64,000 nucleotides of DNA from an uncultured Planctomycetota bacterium (GCA_963737655.1 CAVTTN010000002.1:4640001-4704000), one strand, 5' to 3'; counted from the stretch's first letter, positions 41,651-52,179 are shown. Translations and numbers: made by a program. The notes: generated from the letters alone by a model not told the origin.

Positions 41651-43079
41651 TTGGTTCTTCCGGTATATCACCGCGGAGGGCATCCAGCGCGAACGAAAAG
41701 GGTGCCCCGACCGTCGGGAAACCGAGGCGATGGCGAACGCCTGCGAAGCCGAGGCGGCCCGGATTCGGTCCGGCCTCTCGGACTCGAAGGAAGAGGCCCG
41801 CCGCCGGTATGAGTCGCGACCGCTCGCCGATCACCTGGCCGAATGGCACAAGGCGATGCTCGCCCAGGCGGCGACCCCGAAGCATGCCAATCAGTGTCGA
41901 GGGCGGGTCGATTCGCTCCTGAAGCTGTCCAGGTCGGATCGCGTCTCCGACCTGACGGTCTTCAGGGTCCAGACGGCCCTCGGCATTCTCCGCGACAAGG
42001 GGGACGGCCTGGCCCTTCGGACGCTCCACCACTACGTCCGCAACGCCAAGGCGTTCTCCCGATGGCTCTGGCGGGACGGGCGGACGACGGAAGACAAGCT
42101 CGCCCATCTCCAACCCCCGGCGAACCCTGACACGGACCGCCGCCGCGAGCGTCGTGCCCTGACACCCGAGGAAGTCTCGGCCCTGCTCCGAGCCGCCGAA
42201 TCCGGCCCCGTGGTCTTCAAGATGTCCGGCGTCGATCGGGCCGCCATGTACCGGCTGGCCCTCGGGACGGGATTCCGAGCCGGCGAGTTGCAATCGCTCC
42301 GGCCCGAATCCTTCGACCTGGACTCCGACCAGCCGACCGTGACCGTCGAGGCCGGGCACTCCAAACGCCGCCGTCGCGACGTCCAGCCGATCCGGGGCGA
42401 CCTGGCCACGTCCCTCGGTCGATGGCTCTCCGGGAGGCCCGCCAAGGCCGCGCTATTCCCCGTATCGAGCTACCACACGGCCGAGATGTTCCGTGCCGAC
42501 CTGGAACGGGCAGGAATCCCCTTCCGGGACGACTCGGGGCGAGTGGCCGACTTCCACGCCCTGCGACACACCTTCGTCTCGACGCTGGCCCGGAGCTCCG
42601 CCTCGGTCAAGGTCGTCCAGACGCTCGCCCGGCACTCGACGCCCGTCCTGACCCTCGGGACCTACACGCATTTGGGATTGTGCGACCAGAGGGCCGCCCT
42701 GGAAGCCCTGCCCGCCGAGCAGCCCCCCGGCCCCGGGGCCGAGTCGGCGACCCAGGCCGCGACAGGAACGCATGGCCGTATGAACAATCATCCTTCCCTA
42801 CGCCTTCCCTACGGAGGGGACGGGACAGGGCGGATTGTGTCGGAGCCTGACGGTTCGGGCGAGGCGAGCACCCTCGAATTTACCGGATCGTCGTCGAACC
42901 ATAACCCCCTTACAAAGTCGGCAGTTGTCGCGTCGAGTCGGTCCCTGTCGGACCCTGACGGAAGCGGAGGGGGTGGGATTCGAACCCACGGACGTTTTGA
43001 GGCGTCAGCGGTTTTCAAGACCGCCCCGATCGGCCACTCCGGCACCCCTCCGATCGGTCGACTCGACTCGATTCATTGA
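41622..43079 (+). CDS. tyrosine recombinase/integrase
   Basis: GTGFRAGEL (R), HSKRRR (K), DFHALRHT (HxxR), LARHS..LT..Y; frame reads through the att/tRNA. Confidence 0.92.
   Translation: MASFRKIGRNWFFRYITAEGIQRERKGCPDRRETEAMANACEAEAARIRSGLSDSKEEARRRYESRPLADHLAEWHKAMLAQAATPKHANQCRGRVDSLLKLSRSDRVSDLTVFRVQTALGILRDKGDGLALRTLHHYVRNAKAFSRWLWRDGRTTEDKLAHLQPPANPDTDRRRERRALTPEEVSALLRAAESGPVVFKMSGVDRAAMYRLALGTGFRAGELQSLRPESFDLDSDQPTVTVEAGHSKRRRRDVQPIRGDLATSLGRWLSGRPAKAALFPVSSYHTAEMFRADLERAGIPFRDDSGRVADFHALRHTFVSTLARSSASVKVVQTLARHSTPVLTLGTYTHLGLCDQRAALEALPAEQPPGPGAESATQAATGTHGRMNNHPSLRLPYGGDGTGRIVSEPDGSGEASTLEFTGSSSNHNPLTKSAVVASSRSLSDPDGSGGGGIRTHGRFEASAVFKTAPIGHSGTPPIGRLDSIH
42965..43051 (-). tRNA. tRNA-Ser(TGA)
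   Basis: GGAGGGGTGCCGGAGTGG...GCGGTCTTGAAAACCGC...long variable arm...GGGTTCGAATCCCACCCCCTCCG; CCA not encoded. Confidence 0.95.
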
Positions 43080-43468
43080 CCGACCTCGTCCAGGACCTCC
43101 TCGGAGACGAAGATCGGGACGTCCACCGTGACGGCCACGGCGATGGCGTCGCTGGGTCGGGAATCGACCTCGATGATCTCGCCCTCGTGCTTGATTCGGA
43201 GCTTGGCGTAGTAGGTGTGCTCGCGGAGCTCGCTGATGTAGATGTCCTGCAATTCGCCTCCGAGCAGCTCGATCGTGTTCGCCAGGAGGTCATGGGTCAG
43301 GGGGCGGGGCGTGGACTGGCCCTTGACCCGGCGGTCGATGCTCGTGGCCTCGAACATGCCGATGACGATCGGGAACGTGCGGTCGCCCTCGACCTCGCGG
43401 AGGTAGATGATCTGCTGGTCGTTGGTCTCGGAGATGATGATCCGGGACAGTTCCATCTGCACGGCCAC
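43073..43468 (-). CDS. bifunctional nuclease family protein (DUF151)
   Basis: FPIVIGMFEA, PRPLTHDLL, DSRPSDAIA. Confidence 0.9.
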   Translation of the reverse strand: MAVQMELSRIIISETNDQQIIYLREVEGDRTFPIVIGMFEATSIDRRVKGQSTPRPLTHDLLANTIELLGGELQDIYISELREHTYYAKLRIKHEGEIIEVDSRPSDAIAVAVTVDVPIFVSEEVLDEVGQ

Positions 43469-43671
43469 GGCGTTCCCCTCGTCGGTCCGGCCCGCCTCGT
43501 CGGCTCGGGCCCGGGGGCGAATGTCTCTTTCGATGATAGAGGGCCCGGCGCGGGGCGTCAACGCGGGGGATCGGCCTGGCGGGGCGAGTGCGGGTTCGGG
43601 GCGGCTTGTCGCGAGGATTGGGGGTTGTGGGCGGCCTCTCGGCCGCCTCTGGTGGGGGTCTTTCCTGCACC

Positions 43672-46494
43672 CTACAGGGCTTCGATTCGCTTGAGGACCG
43701 CTTCTCTCTGCGCGGAGAGTTCCGCTTCCTTGGCCGTCTGGGCGGCGACGACCTCGGCCGGGGCCCGGGCGACGAACGATTCGTTGCCGAGCTTCGCCCG
43801 GATCGCCCCGAGCTGCTTGTCCAGGTCCGTCAATTGCTTCTTCAGCCGGGCGGTTTCGGCCTTCTTGTCGATCAGGCCCTCCAGGGGGAGGATGACCTCG
43901 ACCTCCGCCAGGATCGCCGAGGCCGATTCCCCGGGGCGTTCGGCCTCCTCGGCGATCGTCAACGACGTCGCCCCGGCGAGGCCCGCGATCAGAGAGCCTC
44001 CCGATCGCAGGCGGTCGGCCGCCCGGCCCTTCGCCACGAGGATCGGATGGACCTGCGCCTCCTTCGGCAGGTTCTTCTCGGCCTTGAGGTTGCGGATCGC
44101 CGACACCACCTCCCGCCAGAGGCCCACCACGGCCGCCGGCTCGTCGTCCGGAGACATCGGATACGACGGCCATTCCGCGATGCAGACGCTCTCCTCGGCG
44201 GGCTTCGGCGAGGGGAACCCTCGGCTCGGTGCGACCGTGCCCAGGGCCTGCCAGACCGCCTCCGTGACGAACGGCATGATCGGGTGGAGGAGGCGGCAGA
44301 GGCCGTCGAGCACCGCCGCGAGCACTTTTTGGGCGGTCGGGCGCGCCTCGGGCTCCTTCAGGCGGGCCTTGAGGAACTCGACGTACCAGTCGCAGAAGTC
44401 GTTCCAGGTGAAGTCGCGGAGCCTCTTCGTCGCGTCGGCGAAGTGGAAGGCGTCGAGGTCCGCCGTGGCGTCGGCGGCGACCCTGGCGAGCTCGCCGAGG
44501 ATCCAGCGGTCCTCGATCGGCAGGGCCTCCACCTCGATCGGCCCCGGCTCGTACCCTTCCAGGTTCATCATCGCGAACCGCGAGGCATTCCAGAACTTGT
44601 TCGGGAACGTCCGGCCCTGCTCGAACCGCTCGGACGTGTTGACCGATCGGCCGTCGGGAAGCGTGGTGGCCTCGACCGGCATCCGAAGGTCCTGCGTCTC
44701 GGTGGCGGCGGAGGCGAGCGTGAACCGGAGGGCATCGGCGCCGTAGAGGTCGATGATGTCCACCGGATCGATGCCGTTGCCGGCGCTCTTGGACATCCTT
44801 TTCCCATTGCCGTCCTGGATCACCGGATGGATCACCACGTCCTTGAACGGCACGTCCCCCATGTTGAACTGGCCGAAGATCACCATCCGGGCCACCCAGA
44901 GGGTGATGATGTCCCGGGCCGTCGAGAGCACGCTCGTCGGGTAGTAGCCGGCGAGCTCCGTCGTCGACTCGGGCCACCCGAGGGTCGAGTGGGGCCAGAG
45001 CGCGGAGGAGAACCAGGTGTCGAGGACGTCGGGATCTTGCGTCAACACATGATCGGGCCCGAGGGCGTCGGCGGCGAGGTCCTCGCCGTCCGAGCAGACG
45101 AGCCAGCCTCCGGAATCGGCCGGCTGCCAGGCGATGTCGGGGCGATCGCCGAACGCTCGCCGCAAATCGGCCTCGGTGCAGGTGGCGCAGTGCCAGATCG
45201 GGATGCGGTGGCCCCACCAGAGCTGACGGCTGATGCACCAGTCGCGCTTCTCGCCGAGCCAGTCGAGGTAGCTCTTGGCGTAGCGGTCGGGGTGGATCTC
45301 GATGGCGCCGGAGGTCACGGCGTCCATCGCCTGCTGGGCGAATCCGGCGGTGCCTTCGGGCCCGTCGCCCATCTTCACGAACCACTGATCGGAGAGGTAC
45401 GGCTCGATGGGCGTCTTGCTGCGGTCGGAGAGTCCCACGCGGTTGGTGTAGGGCTCGACCTTCGCGAGCAGGCCGCCGGCTTCGAGGTCCGAGACCACCC
45501 GTTTCCGCACCTCGCGGCGGTCGAGGCCGGCGTAGGGGCCGGCGTTCTCGTTGTAGGTGCCGTCGGGGTTCAGGAGGTTGATCATTTCGAGATGATTGCG
45601 GAGGCCCGTGGCGTAGTCGTTCGGGTCGTGGGCCGGGGTGACCTTCACGCAGCCCGTGCCGAACTGGGGATCGACCAGGATCGCGTCGCCGATGATCGGG
45701 ATGTTTCGGCCGATCAGGGGGAGCGTGACGGCCTTTCCCAAAAGATGCTTGTATCGCGGGTCCTCGGGATGGACGGCCACGGCGGTGTCGCCGAGCATGG
45801 TTTCGGGCCGGGTCGTGGCCACGAGGAGGCTCTCGTCCGAGCCGGCCACGGGGTAGCGGATCGTCCAGAGGTGCCCGGCCGTCTCCTGGTACTCGATCTC
45901 GTCGTCGGCCACGGCCGTGCGGAGGTGGGTGTCCCAGTTCACCAGCCGCTTGCCCCGGAAGATCTTGCCGGCGGCGAAGAGGCGGAAGAACGTCTCGCGG
46001 ACGGCCCGGGCGCAGATCGGGTCGAGGGTGAACCGGGTGCGGTCCCAGTCGCACGAGCAGCCCATCAGCTTCAACTGGCCGAGGATGCGTTTCTCGTATT
46101 CATCCTTCCAGGCCCAGATTCGTTCGACGAGCCCCTCGCGGCCGACGTCGTGGCGGGTCTTGCCTTCTTCCTTGCGCAGGCGGGTCTCGACGACGGCCTG
46201 GGTGGCGATCCCGGCGTGGTCGGTGCCGGGCATCCAGAGGGCGTCGAACCCCTGCATCCGCTTCCAGCGGATCAGGATGTCTTGCAGCGTGTTGTTGAGC
46301 GCGTGACCAAGGTGGAGGGCGCCGGTCACGTTCGGCGGGGGGATCACGATGCAATACGGCCGCTTCGGCTCGGCGGGGGCGTGGAAATAGCCCTTTTCGA
46401 GCCATAAGGCGTAGTAACGACGCTGGGCGTCGGCCGGGTCGTACTGCTTGGGGAGATCTTGGAGGCTCATTCCGGGTCCAGTGGCGTCGGGCAT
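43672..46494 (-). CDS. valS: valine--tRNA ligase
   Basis: PPPNVTGALHLGHA, GTDHAGIATQ, DWCISRQLWWGHRIP, RMSKS, C-terminal coiled coil. Confidence 0.97.
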   Translation of the reverse strand: MPDATGPGMSLQDLPKQYDPADAQRRYYALWLEKGYFHAPAEPKRPYCIVIPPPNVTGALHLGHALNNTLQDILIRWKRMQGFDALWMPGTDHAGIATQAVVETRLRKEEGKTRHDVGREGLVERIWAWKDEYEKRILGQLKLMGCSCDWDRTRFTLDPICARAVRETFFRLFAAGKIFRGKRLVNWDTHLRTAVADDEIEYQETAGHLWTIRYPVAGSDESLLVATTRPETMLGDTAVAVHPEDPRYKHLLGKAVTLPLIGRNIPIIGDAILVDPQFGTGCVKVTPAHDPNDYATGLRNHLEMINLLNPDGTYNENAGPYAGLDRREVRKRVVSDLEAGGLLAKVEPYTNRVGLSDRSKTPIEPYLSDQWFVKMGDGPEGTAGFAQQAMDAVTSGAIEIHPDRYAKSYLDWLGEKRDWCISRQLWWGHRIPIWHCATCTEADLRRAFGDRPDIAWQPADSGGWLVCSDGEDLAADALGPDHVLTQDPDVLDTWFSSALWPHSTLGWPESTTELAGYYPTSVLSTARDIITLWVARMVIFGQFNMGDVPFKDVVIHPVIQDGNGKRMSKSAGNGIDPVDIIDLYGADALRFTLASAATETQDLRMPVEATTLPDGRSVNTSERFEQGRTFPNKFWNASRFAMMNLEGYEPGPIEVEALPIEDRWILGELARVAADATADLDAFHFADATKRLRDFTWNDFCDWYVEFLKARLKEPEARPTAQKVLAAVLDGLCRLLHPIMPFVTEAVWQALGTVAPSRGFPSPKPAEESVCIAEWPSYPMSPDDEPAAVVGLWREVVSAIRNLKAEKNLPKEAQVHPILVAKGRAADRLRSGGSLIAGLAGATSLTIAEEAERPGESASAILAEVEVILPLEGLIDKKAETARLKKQLTDLDKQLGAIRAKLGNESFVARAPAEVVAAQTAKEAELSAQREAVLKRIEAL

Positions 46495-46500
46495 CGTGTA

Positions 46501-46522
46501 GTAGGGTGCATGAAATGAACCA
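46501..46522. repeat. partial GTAG REP
   Basis: GTAGGGTGCATGAAATGAACC, near-identical to 122-142. Confidence 0.6.
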
Positions 46523-46575
46523 TCTTCTCCGGGCCTCGGTCGATCATCAAGGCCACCGCGGACGGAGAGGCCGGG

Positions 46576-46977
46576 TCAGCCCATCATGGCGTAGACCGTC
46601 GCGATCAGGATCAGGATGCCGACGGCGAACCGGATCAGGGCCCGTCGCCACCTCCATCGGAGCCGGTCGGGGACGGAGAGGAGCATCACGATTCCGCTGG
46701 TCCCGCACAGGAAGCCGCGGAGGGCCGGCCTCCAGACGAGGCTCGTCGAACTGTTCCGACCGAACGGCCCGCCGGGATGCAAAGAACGGAATCGGACCAT
46801 CTTCCCGGCCTCGATCAGATCGAGCCCCCCGAGGAGGACCAGCCCGCCTCCGTAAAAGCCCGCCATGACCAGCGGCAGGTAGCGAAGGCCGAAGAACCTC
46901 GGGCGAGGTTTGGCCGGGGGCGCCTCCGGGGCGGCCTTCGGGGCCTCGAACGGGTTGATCGGGGCCTCCTCGTTCAT
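46576..46977 (-). CDS. hypothetical membrane protein
   Basis: INPFEAP motif followed by three hydrophobic segments. Confidence 0.65.
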   Translation of the reverse strand: MNEEAPINPFEAPKAAPEAPPAKPRPRFFGLRYLPLVMAGFYGGGLVLLGGLDLIEAGKMVRFRSLHPGGPFGRNSSTSLVWRPALRGFLCGTSGIVMLLSVPDRLRWRWRRALIRFAVGILILIATVYAMMG

Positions 46978-47690
46978 CACGGCTTCCTCGCCCCGAACGC
47001 TGCGAACGTGGTGTTCATGTGGAGGACGTCCACCTCGGCGAAACCCGCCTCTCTCAGCCGATCGAGCTGAAAACGGAGCGATTGCGGGGTGTCTTCCTTC
47101 TCGATGTAGGCGAAGACGGAGTCGCGGTACGAGGCGTCACGGAACCCGGTGAGATAGTCGCCGTATCGCTCCCGCTGGAGCTTTTCGACGGCCTCGATCT
47201 CGTGCTTGACCATATCGGCGATCCAGACGGAGCCCCCGGGCCTCAGGCTTCGGAAGAAGGCGGCGAAGACGGCCCGCCATTCGTCGTCGGTCCTCAGGTG
47301 GTGGAGGACCATCGCGGCCAGGATCACGTCGAATCGCCCCTCGCCCAGGTCGATCGAGCGGACGTCCCCCTGGATCGTCTCGACCCGACCTTGCGTCGTC
47401 GAGGACACCCGCCCGTGGGCGCGATCCAGCATCGGAAGGCTCAGGTCGATCAGGGTGCAATCGAGCCCGGGCAGGCGCTCCAGGAGCTTCAGCGAGTAAT
47501 TCCCCGCCCCGCAGCCGACGTCCAGGAGCGATCGGGCATGCGGCGAGGTCGCGGCGGCGGCACTCGCGATCAGGTCGAGCATCAGCGGGGAATCGATCGT
47601 GGCGGTCTGGCCGGTCTCGAGGTTCGAGAACCGTTCGACGTCATGGTCGAACCGTTCGCGGATCTCGTCGAGAGAGGATTTCTGGTTCAT
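46977..47690 (-). CDS. class I SAM-dependent methyltransferase
   Basis: LLDVGCGAG, IDLS, FDVILAAMVLHHL, LRPGG. Confidence 0.9.
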   Translation of the reverse strand: MNQKSSLDEIRERFDHDVERFSNLETGQTATIDSPLMLDLIASAAAATSPHARSLLDVGCGAGNYSLKLLERLPGLDCTLIDLSLPMLDRAHGRVSSTTQGRVETIQGDVRSIDLGEGRFDVILAAMVLHHLRTDDEWRAVFAAFFRSLRPGGSVWIADMVKHEIEAVEKLQRERYGDYLTGFRDASYRDSVFAYIEKEDTPQSLRFQLDRLREAGFAEVDVLHMNTTFAAFGARKP

Positions 47691-47696
47691 GGGTGC

Positions 47697-49031
47697 TCAA
47701 CTCGCCGCGAGCGCCGCCCCGGGCTTCGGGGCGACCATCGCCGGGGCCTTTCCGTAGGTCAGCGTCCTCCAGAGCCATTCCATCGGGCCGAACCGGAAGA
47801 ACGACATCCAGATGTTACTGTAGACGACCTGGACGGCGTAGATCCCGAACGCGATCAGGACCCCCGCCGCCGGGCCGACCCTCGCGTAGTAGCCCAGGCC
47901 GTAGCCGTAGAAGAGGAACGAGGCGATCACCGATTGCATCAGGTAATTGGTCAACGGCATCCGGCCCACGCTCGCCAGCGGGGCGAACAGCGGCCGGAGC
48001 GCGGGGCGTCGCGAGAGCAAGACGATCGCGCAAACATAGAACGCCGCCAGGACCGGCCGGTTCAGGACGTAGAACATCCCGGAGAGCAGGCCGAGGACGG
48101 TCGGCGTCTCGCTCCCGTGGTCCTGGAGCAGCGAGAACGCCGCGAACGCCGGGGCGAGCACGAACCCGACGATTCCGGTCCACACCGCCGCCCGGCGGAT
48201 CGTCGGCAAATGGCGGTCGAGGTCCTGGAACAGCCGACGGCGCCCGGCGAGGAAGCCCAGGACCATCGTCGTCCCCAGGATCGGCCAGAACCACGCCTCG
48301 CCGTGTTCGAGGTAGCCCTCCCGCGTCTCCCGGAAACGTTCCTTCACCGCCAGGGGGTAGGAGCCCAGGCCCTCGACGTGCCTCGGGGGCGTCGGGGCCG
48401 TCTTCGTGAAGGGGGCCACGAAGTCGTCATACGAGCCTTTCCCAAAGACCCGCAACTGGTTCTCGGCGCGCTCGCGATAGTAGGACGGCGGATGCTCCCG
48501 GGGCTTCTTCTGGACGAACTTCCAGGTCTCGTAGCCCATCGGCAAGACGAGCAAGAGCACCGCGATCCCCCAGAGCCAGCGGTCCGACAGCTTGCGGACG
48601 AACAGCAGGGGCAGGCCGATCAACGCGTAGATGTGGAGGACGTCCCCGTTCCAGATCAAAAGGCAATGCGCCACGCCCATCGCCAGGAGGACCAGCAACC
48701 GGCGGACGTAGATCCCCGCGAACGGGGCGCCCTTGCCCTCGGCGCGCTCCAACTGGATCGCGAACCCCAGCCCGAACAGGAACGAGAACAGCGAGTTGAA
48801 CTTGCCCGAGCCGAAGAGGTCCACCAGGAACATGGCCAACTGGTCGCGTCGGTGGGGATAGAGGTCCTCCCCGGCCGCATAGAAGAAGAAGGGCATGAAG
48901 AAGCCCTGCAAGTTGATCACGCAGATCCCCAGGAGGGCGAACCCCCGGAGGATGTCGAGCGTCTCGATCCGCTCGCCCGGCTGGGTCGGCCCGAACGACG
49001 GCGGCCTCGGGTCGTCGGCTAATGTGGCCAT
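47697..49031 (-). CDS. DUF418 (YeiB-like) membrane protein
   Basis: DILRGFALLGI, KFNSLFSFLFG, GRMPLTNYL, FGPMEWLWR. Confidence 0.9.
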   Translation of the reverse strand: MATLADDPRPPSFGPTQPGERIETLDILRGFALLGICVINLQGFFMPFFFYAAGEDLYPHRRDQLAMFLVDLFGSGKFNSLFSFLFGLGFAIQLERAEGKGAPFAGIYVRRLLVLLAMGVAHCLLIWNGDVLHIYALIGLPLLFVRKLSDRWLWGIAVLLLVLPMGYETWKFVQKKPREHPPSYYRERAENQLRVFGKGSYDDFVAPFTKTAPTPPRHVEGLGSYPLAVKERFRETREGYLEHGEAWFWPILGTTMVLGFLAGRRRLFQDLDRHLPTIRRAAVWTGIVGFVLAPAFAAFSLLQDHGSETPTVLGLLSGMFYVLNRPVLAAFYVCAIVLLSRRPALRPLFAPLASVGRMPLTNYLMQSVIASFLFYGYGLGYYARVGPAAGVLIAFGIYAVQVVYSNIWMSFFRFGPMEWLWRTLTYGKAPAMVAPKPGAALAAS

Positions 49032-49119
49032 CGGCGCGCCTCCTGGCGCGGAAATTCGTTGTGAGGCGAGAGTTGATCAGGCAGAACACGTCGAAAACCC
49101 GGTCGATGCGACCCCTCGA

Positions 49120-49187
49120 GTAGGCCCGACTTCAGTCGGGCCTACGAAGCGCAATCCCCTGGTAGGCCCGACTGAAGTCGGACCTAC
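49120..49187. repeat. pair of 26-bp GTAG REP palindromes (second REP family)
   Basis: GTAGGCCCGACTTCAGTCGGGCCTAC and GTAGGCCCGACTGAAGTCGGACCTAC. Confidence 0.8.
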
Positions 49188-49248
49188 TCCATCCCTCGAC
49201 CTCCCCGGAGTCACGACAGAGTCCAACGAAAATTCGAAAGCCTCCCCG

Positions 49249-50823
49249 TCATCCGGATTTCTCGTCCCTGGAGAGCTTGTGCTCGATCGCATCGACGAGG
49301 GCGAGCCAGCTCGCGGCGATGATGTTCTCGCTGACGCCCACCGTGCCCCAGACCGAATCGGCGTCCTTGGACTCGATCACCACGCGGACCCTCGCCGCCG
49401 TGCCGGCCCGTTCGTTGATCACGCGGACCTTGTAATCGACGAGCTGCATCTCCCGGAGCCGGGGGAAGTGGGCGTCGAGGGCCTTTCGCAGGGCGCCGTC
49501 GAGGGCGTTGACCGGCCCGTCCCCCTCGCTGACGGTGTGCTCGACCGACTCGCCCACGCGGACCTTCACCGTGGCTTCGGTCAGGGGCGTGCCGTCGGGG
49601 CCTTCCTCGACGCTGACCCGGTAGCTCAGCCTCTCGAACCACGGCCGATAGCGGCCGGCGATCTTCTGGACGAGCAGGAGGAACGACGCCTCGGCCGCCT
49701 CGAACTGGTAGCCCTCGTTCTCCAGGTCCTGGACCCGGTCCAGGACGCGAGACAGGAGCGCCTGGTCCCCTTCCAGCCCGTATTCGCCGAGCTTCTCGGC
49801 CACGTTGGACTTGCCCGAGAGCTCGCTGACCAGCACCCGGCGCTCGTTGCCGACCAGGGTCGGGTCGATGTGCTCATAACTGCTGGCGATCTTGCGGACG
49901 CCGTGGACGTGCATCCCGCCCTTGTGGGCGAACGCGCTCGAACCGACGAACGGCTGGCCCGGCCGGAAGTTCATGTTGGCCGTCTCGTACACGTAGCGAG
50001 ACACCTCGGTCAACCGGGCGAGGCTGCCGGGCCTCAAGAGCTCGTAGCCGCGATACTTGATCGCGAGGTTGGCGATCGCCGAACCCAGGTCGACGTTGCC
50101 GCACCGCTCGCCGATGCCGTTGATCGTCCCCTGGACCTGCGAGGCGCCCCGGAGGACGGCCGCCAGCGTGTTGGCGACGGCCAGGTCGCCGTCGTTATGC
50201 GTGTGGATGCCGATCGGGACGTCCGAGATCGCGCGGACCGCGTCGACGGCCCTGGCGACCTCCTCGGGCAGGGCCCCGCCGTTGGTGTCGCAGAGGATCA
50301 GCCACCGGGCCCCGGAGTCGGCCGCCGCCTTCAGCGACTTCAGGGCGTAATCGGGATTGTGCTTGAAGCCGTCGAAGAAGTGCTCGGCATCGTAAACGAC
50401 CTCGGGGACGTTCGCGGCCAGGAACGCCACCGAATCGGCGATCATCTTGACGTTCTCTTCCAACGACACGCCCAGGACCTCGCGAGCATGGAGGTCCCAG
50501 CTCTTGCCGACGACCGTGATCACCTCGGTCCCGGCGGCGACCAGGGCCTTCATCCCGCCGTCGTCCTCGGCCGAGATGTCGCGACGGCGGGTCATCCCGA
50601 ACGCGGCGATCCTGGCGTGGGCGAGGTCCAGGTCGCGGACGGCCCGGAAATATTCCGCGTCCTTGGGGTTGGAGAGCGGATAGCCGCCCTCGACGTAATC
50701 GACCCCCAGCTCATCGAGGCGGACGGTGATCAGCAGCTTGTCCTGGAGCGAGAAGTTGACGCCCTCGCCCTGGCTGCCGTCTCGCAAGGTGGTGTCGTAG
50801 ATCGAGATGCGGGTCATGAACAA
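49249..50823 (-). CDS. cimA: citramalate synthase
   Basis: YDTTLRDGSQGEG, YDAEHFFDG, LCDTNGG, HTHND, AFAHKGG, GYQFEAAEASF. Confidence 0.9.
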   Translation of the reverse strand: MFMTRISIYDTTLRDGSQGEGVNFSLQDKLLITVRLDELGVDYVEGGYPLSNPKDAEYFRAVRDLDLAHARIAAFGMTRRRDISAEDDGGMKALVAAGTEVITVVGKSWDLHAREVLGVSLEENVKMIADSVAFLAANVPEVVYDAEHFFDGFKHNPDYALKSLKAAADSGARWLILCDTNGGALPEEVARAVDAVRAISDVPIGIHTHNDGDLAVANTLAAVLRGASQVQGTINGIGERCGNVDLGSAIANLAIKYRGYELLRPGSLARLTEVSRYVYETANMNFRPGQPFVGSSAFAHKGGMHVHGVRKIASSYEHIDPTLVGNERRVLVSELSGKSNVAEKLGEYGLEGDQALLSRVLDRVQDLENEGYQFEAAEASFLLLVQKIAGRYRPWFERLSYRVSVEEGPDGTPLTEATVKVRVGESVEHTVSEGDGPVNALDGALRKALDAHFPRLREMQLVDYKVRVINERAGTAARVRVVIESKDADSVWGTVGVSENIIAASWLALVDAIEHKLSRDEKSG

Positions 50824-50932
50824 TGCGGCCCCGTCGTCCCCGGCTCGGAAGGTTCGCCTCGACGCCGCCCCGATCGTAGCAGAGGAAGCGCGGGCCTGAA
50901 CAGTCCGACGGACACGCCCGGGGCCGCCAGGT

Positions 50933-51912
50933 TCACGACCCGGCCGGAGATCGGCCGGGGCGACGACGGACCAGCCGGGACGCTCCCAGCCCGCCCAGGC
51001 CCAGCAAGACCCACGAGGAAGGCTCGGGCACGGCGTTCACCCCGGCCCGATACCGCATGGCCCCGTTGTAACTGAAGGTAAGCTTGTTGGAACCCCGAGC
51101 GAGCGTCGGGAACAGGGTCGCCGTGACCGTCACATCGCTCGTCAACGTGTGGACGCCATCGACATCCGAGACCAGTCCTGCGAATTCCTGGTCGATCACC
51201 GCGTCATTCAGGCCGAGCGACGGGTTGCTCTGGAAGCTGAAGACGGAAGAACCTGGATCGGCTGAGTCGGCCGTCCAGGAGAAGGACCAGAACGCCCCGG
51301 CGGCGTGGGTCGCCGGATCGGGCGTCAGGCTGGAGGTGAAGGTTCCCTGAATGCTCGCCTCGGCCTGAACCATGTGCGGGTCGGTCCCAAGGGCGGTCAA
51401 CTGCATGCCCTGCTCGAATTTCAGGGTGATCTCGACCTCCGGGAGCTTGCCGGGCGAGACGTGGAGGGTCTGGCGGGAGGACTCATCGACCCGGGACATC
51501 GAGCCGGCGTGCTCCCCGAAGATCGGCGTCAAGCCGGTGCGGGAGATCGCGGCGATCGTCCCGGCCGAGTCCCAGCGACCCGGCGCATTGTTGAGGACCG
51601 AGGCCGGGCTGGCGATCAACCCGATGCCGGGGTCGGTCGCGGAAGTCCTCGAGACCCCCGCTGCGATCGGCGCGGGCGAGCCGCCGGTATTGGGTGCTGT
51701 GGTCTGGACCCGGGCGCCTTCCCCATGTTGTCCGATGCCTCGGCCGTGAGGAGCAAGCGGCCGGTGGGCCCGACGACCGCATGGCCTCCCGGTCCCGTGA
51801 AGCTCGAGGAGACGCCGCCCCCAGAGCTGGCGATGTCGTAATCGGCTTTCGCGGGAGCGGGCAGGAAGGCTCCCAGGGCCAGGAGCAGGACCGGGGCGCG
51901 AGATCGCATCAT
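50933..51912 (-). CDS. PEP-CTERM sorting domain protein (frameshift near 51720)
   Basis: Signal peptide in 51616-52062 frame; C-terminal VPEPSSWVLLGLGGLG..RRR. Confidence 0.75.
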
Positions 51913-52179
51913 ATCTCCCCTTTCTGCGGCCTGGGACTCGCCCTCGACCCGGCCCGTCTTCCGACGAGGGGACCGGACCGGCGGACTCGCCGGCCAGGGC
52001 CCTTGCCGTTCGGGCGTCGGGCGAGCGAGAATCGGTCCCCCGAGCTTCATCCTCGGGGACACTCCGCGACGCTCGACTCGGGCGTCTCGGCTTCGCTTCG
52101 CCGACTATCGCCGTTGGAGCGGCCGAATTCAAGTGTCTTTTGAATTCTTAGTTCTTTCCAACCCTCGCCGATCACCGCG

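Larger units (their letters stand above)
18942..43026. mobile_element. ~24-kb integrative element at tRNA-Ser (phage-satellite-like backbone plus cargo)
   Basis: Flanking 64-bp direct repeats, tyrosine integrase next to the tRNA, primase/helicase/AlpA/XRE genes. Confidence 0.9.

Noticed and set aside
41622..43079. Integron integrase IntI
   Set aside because: No IntI-specific insertion is apparent; it sits at a tRNA att site about 6.5 kb from the array
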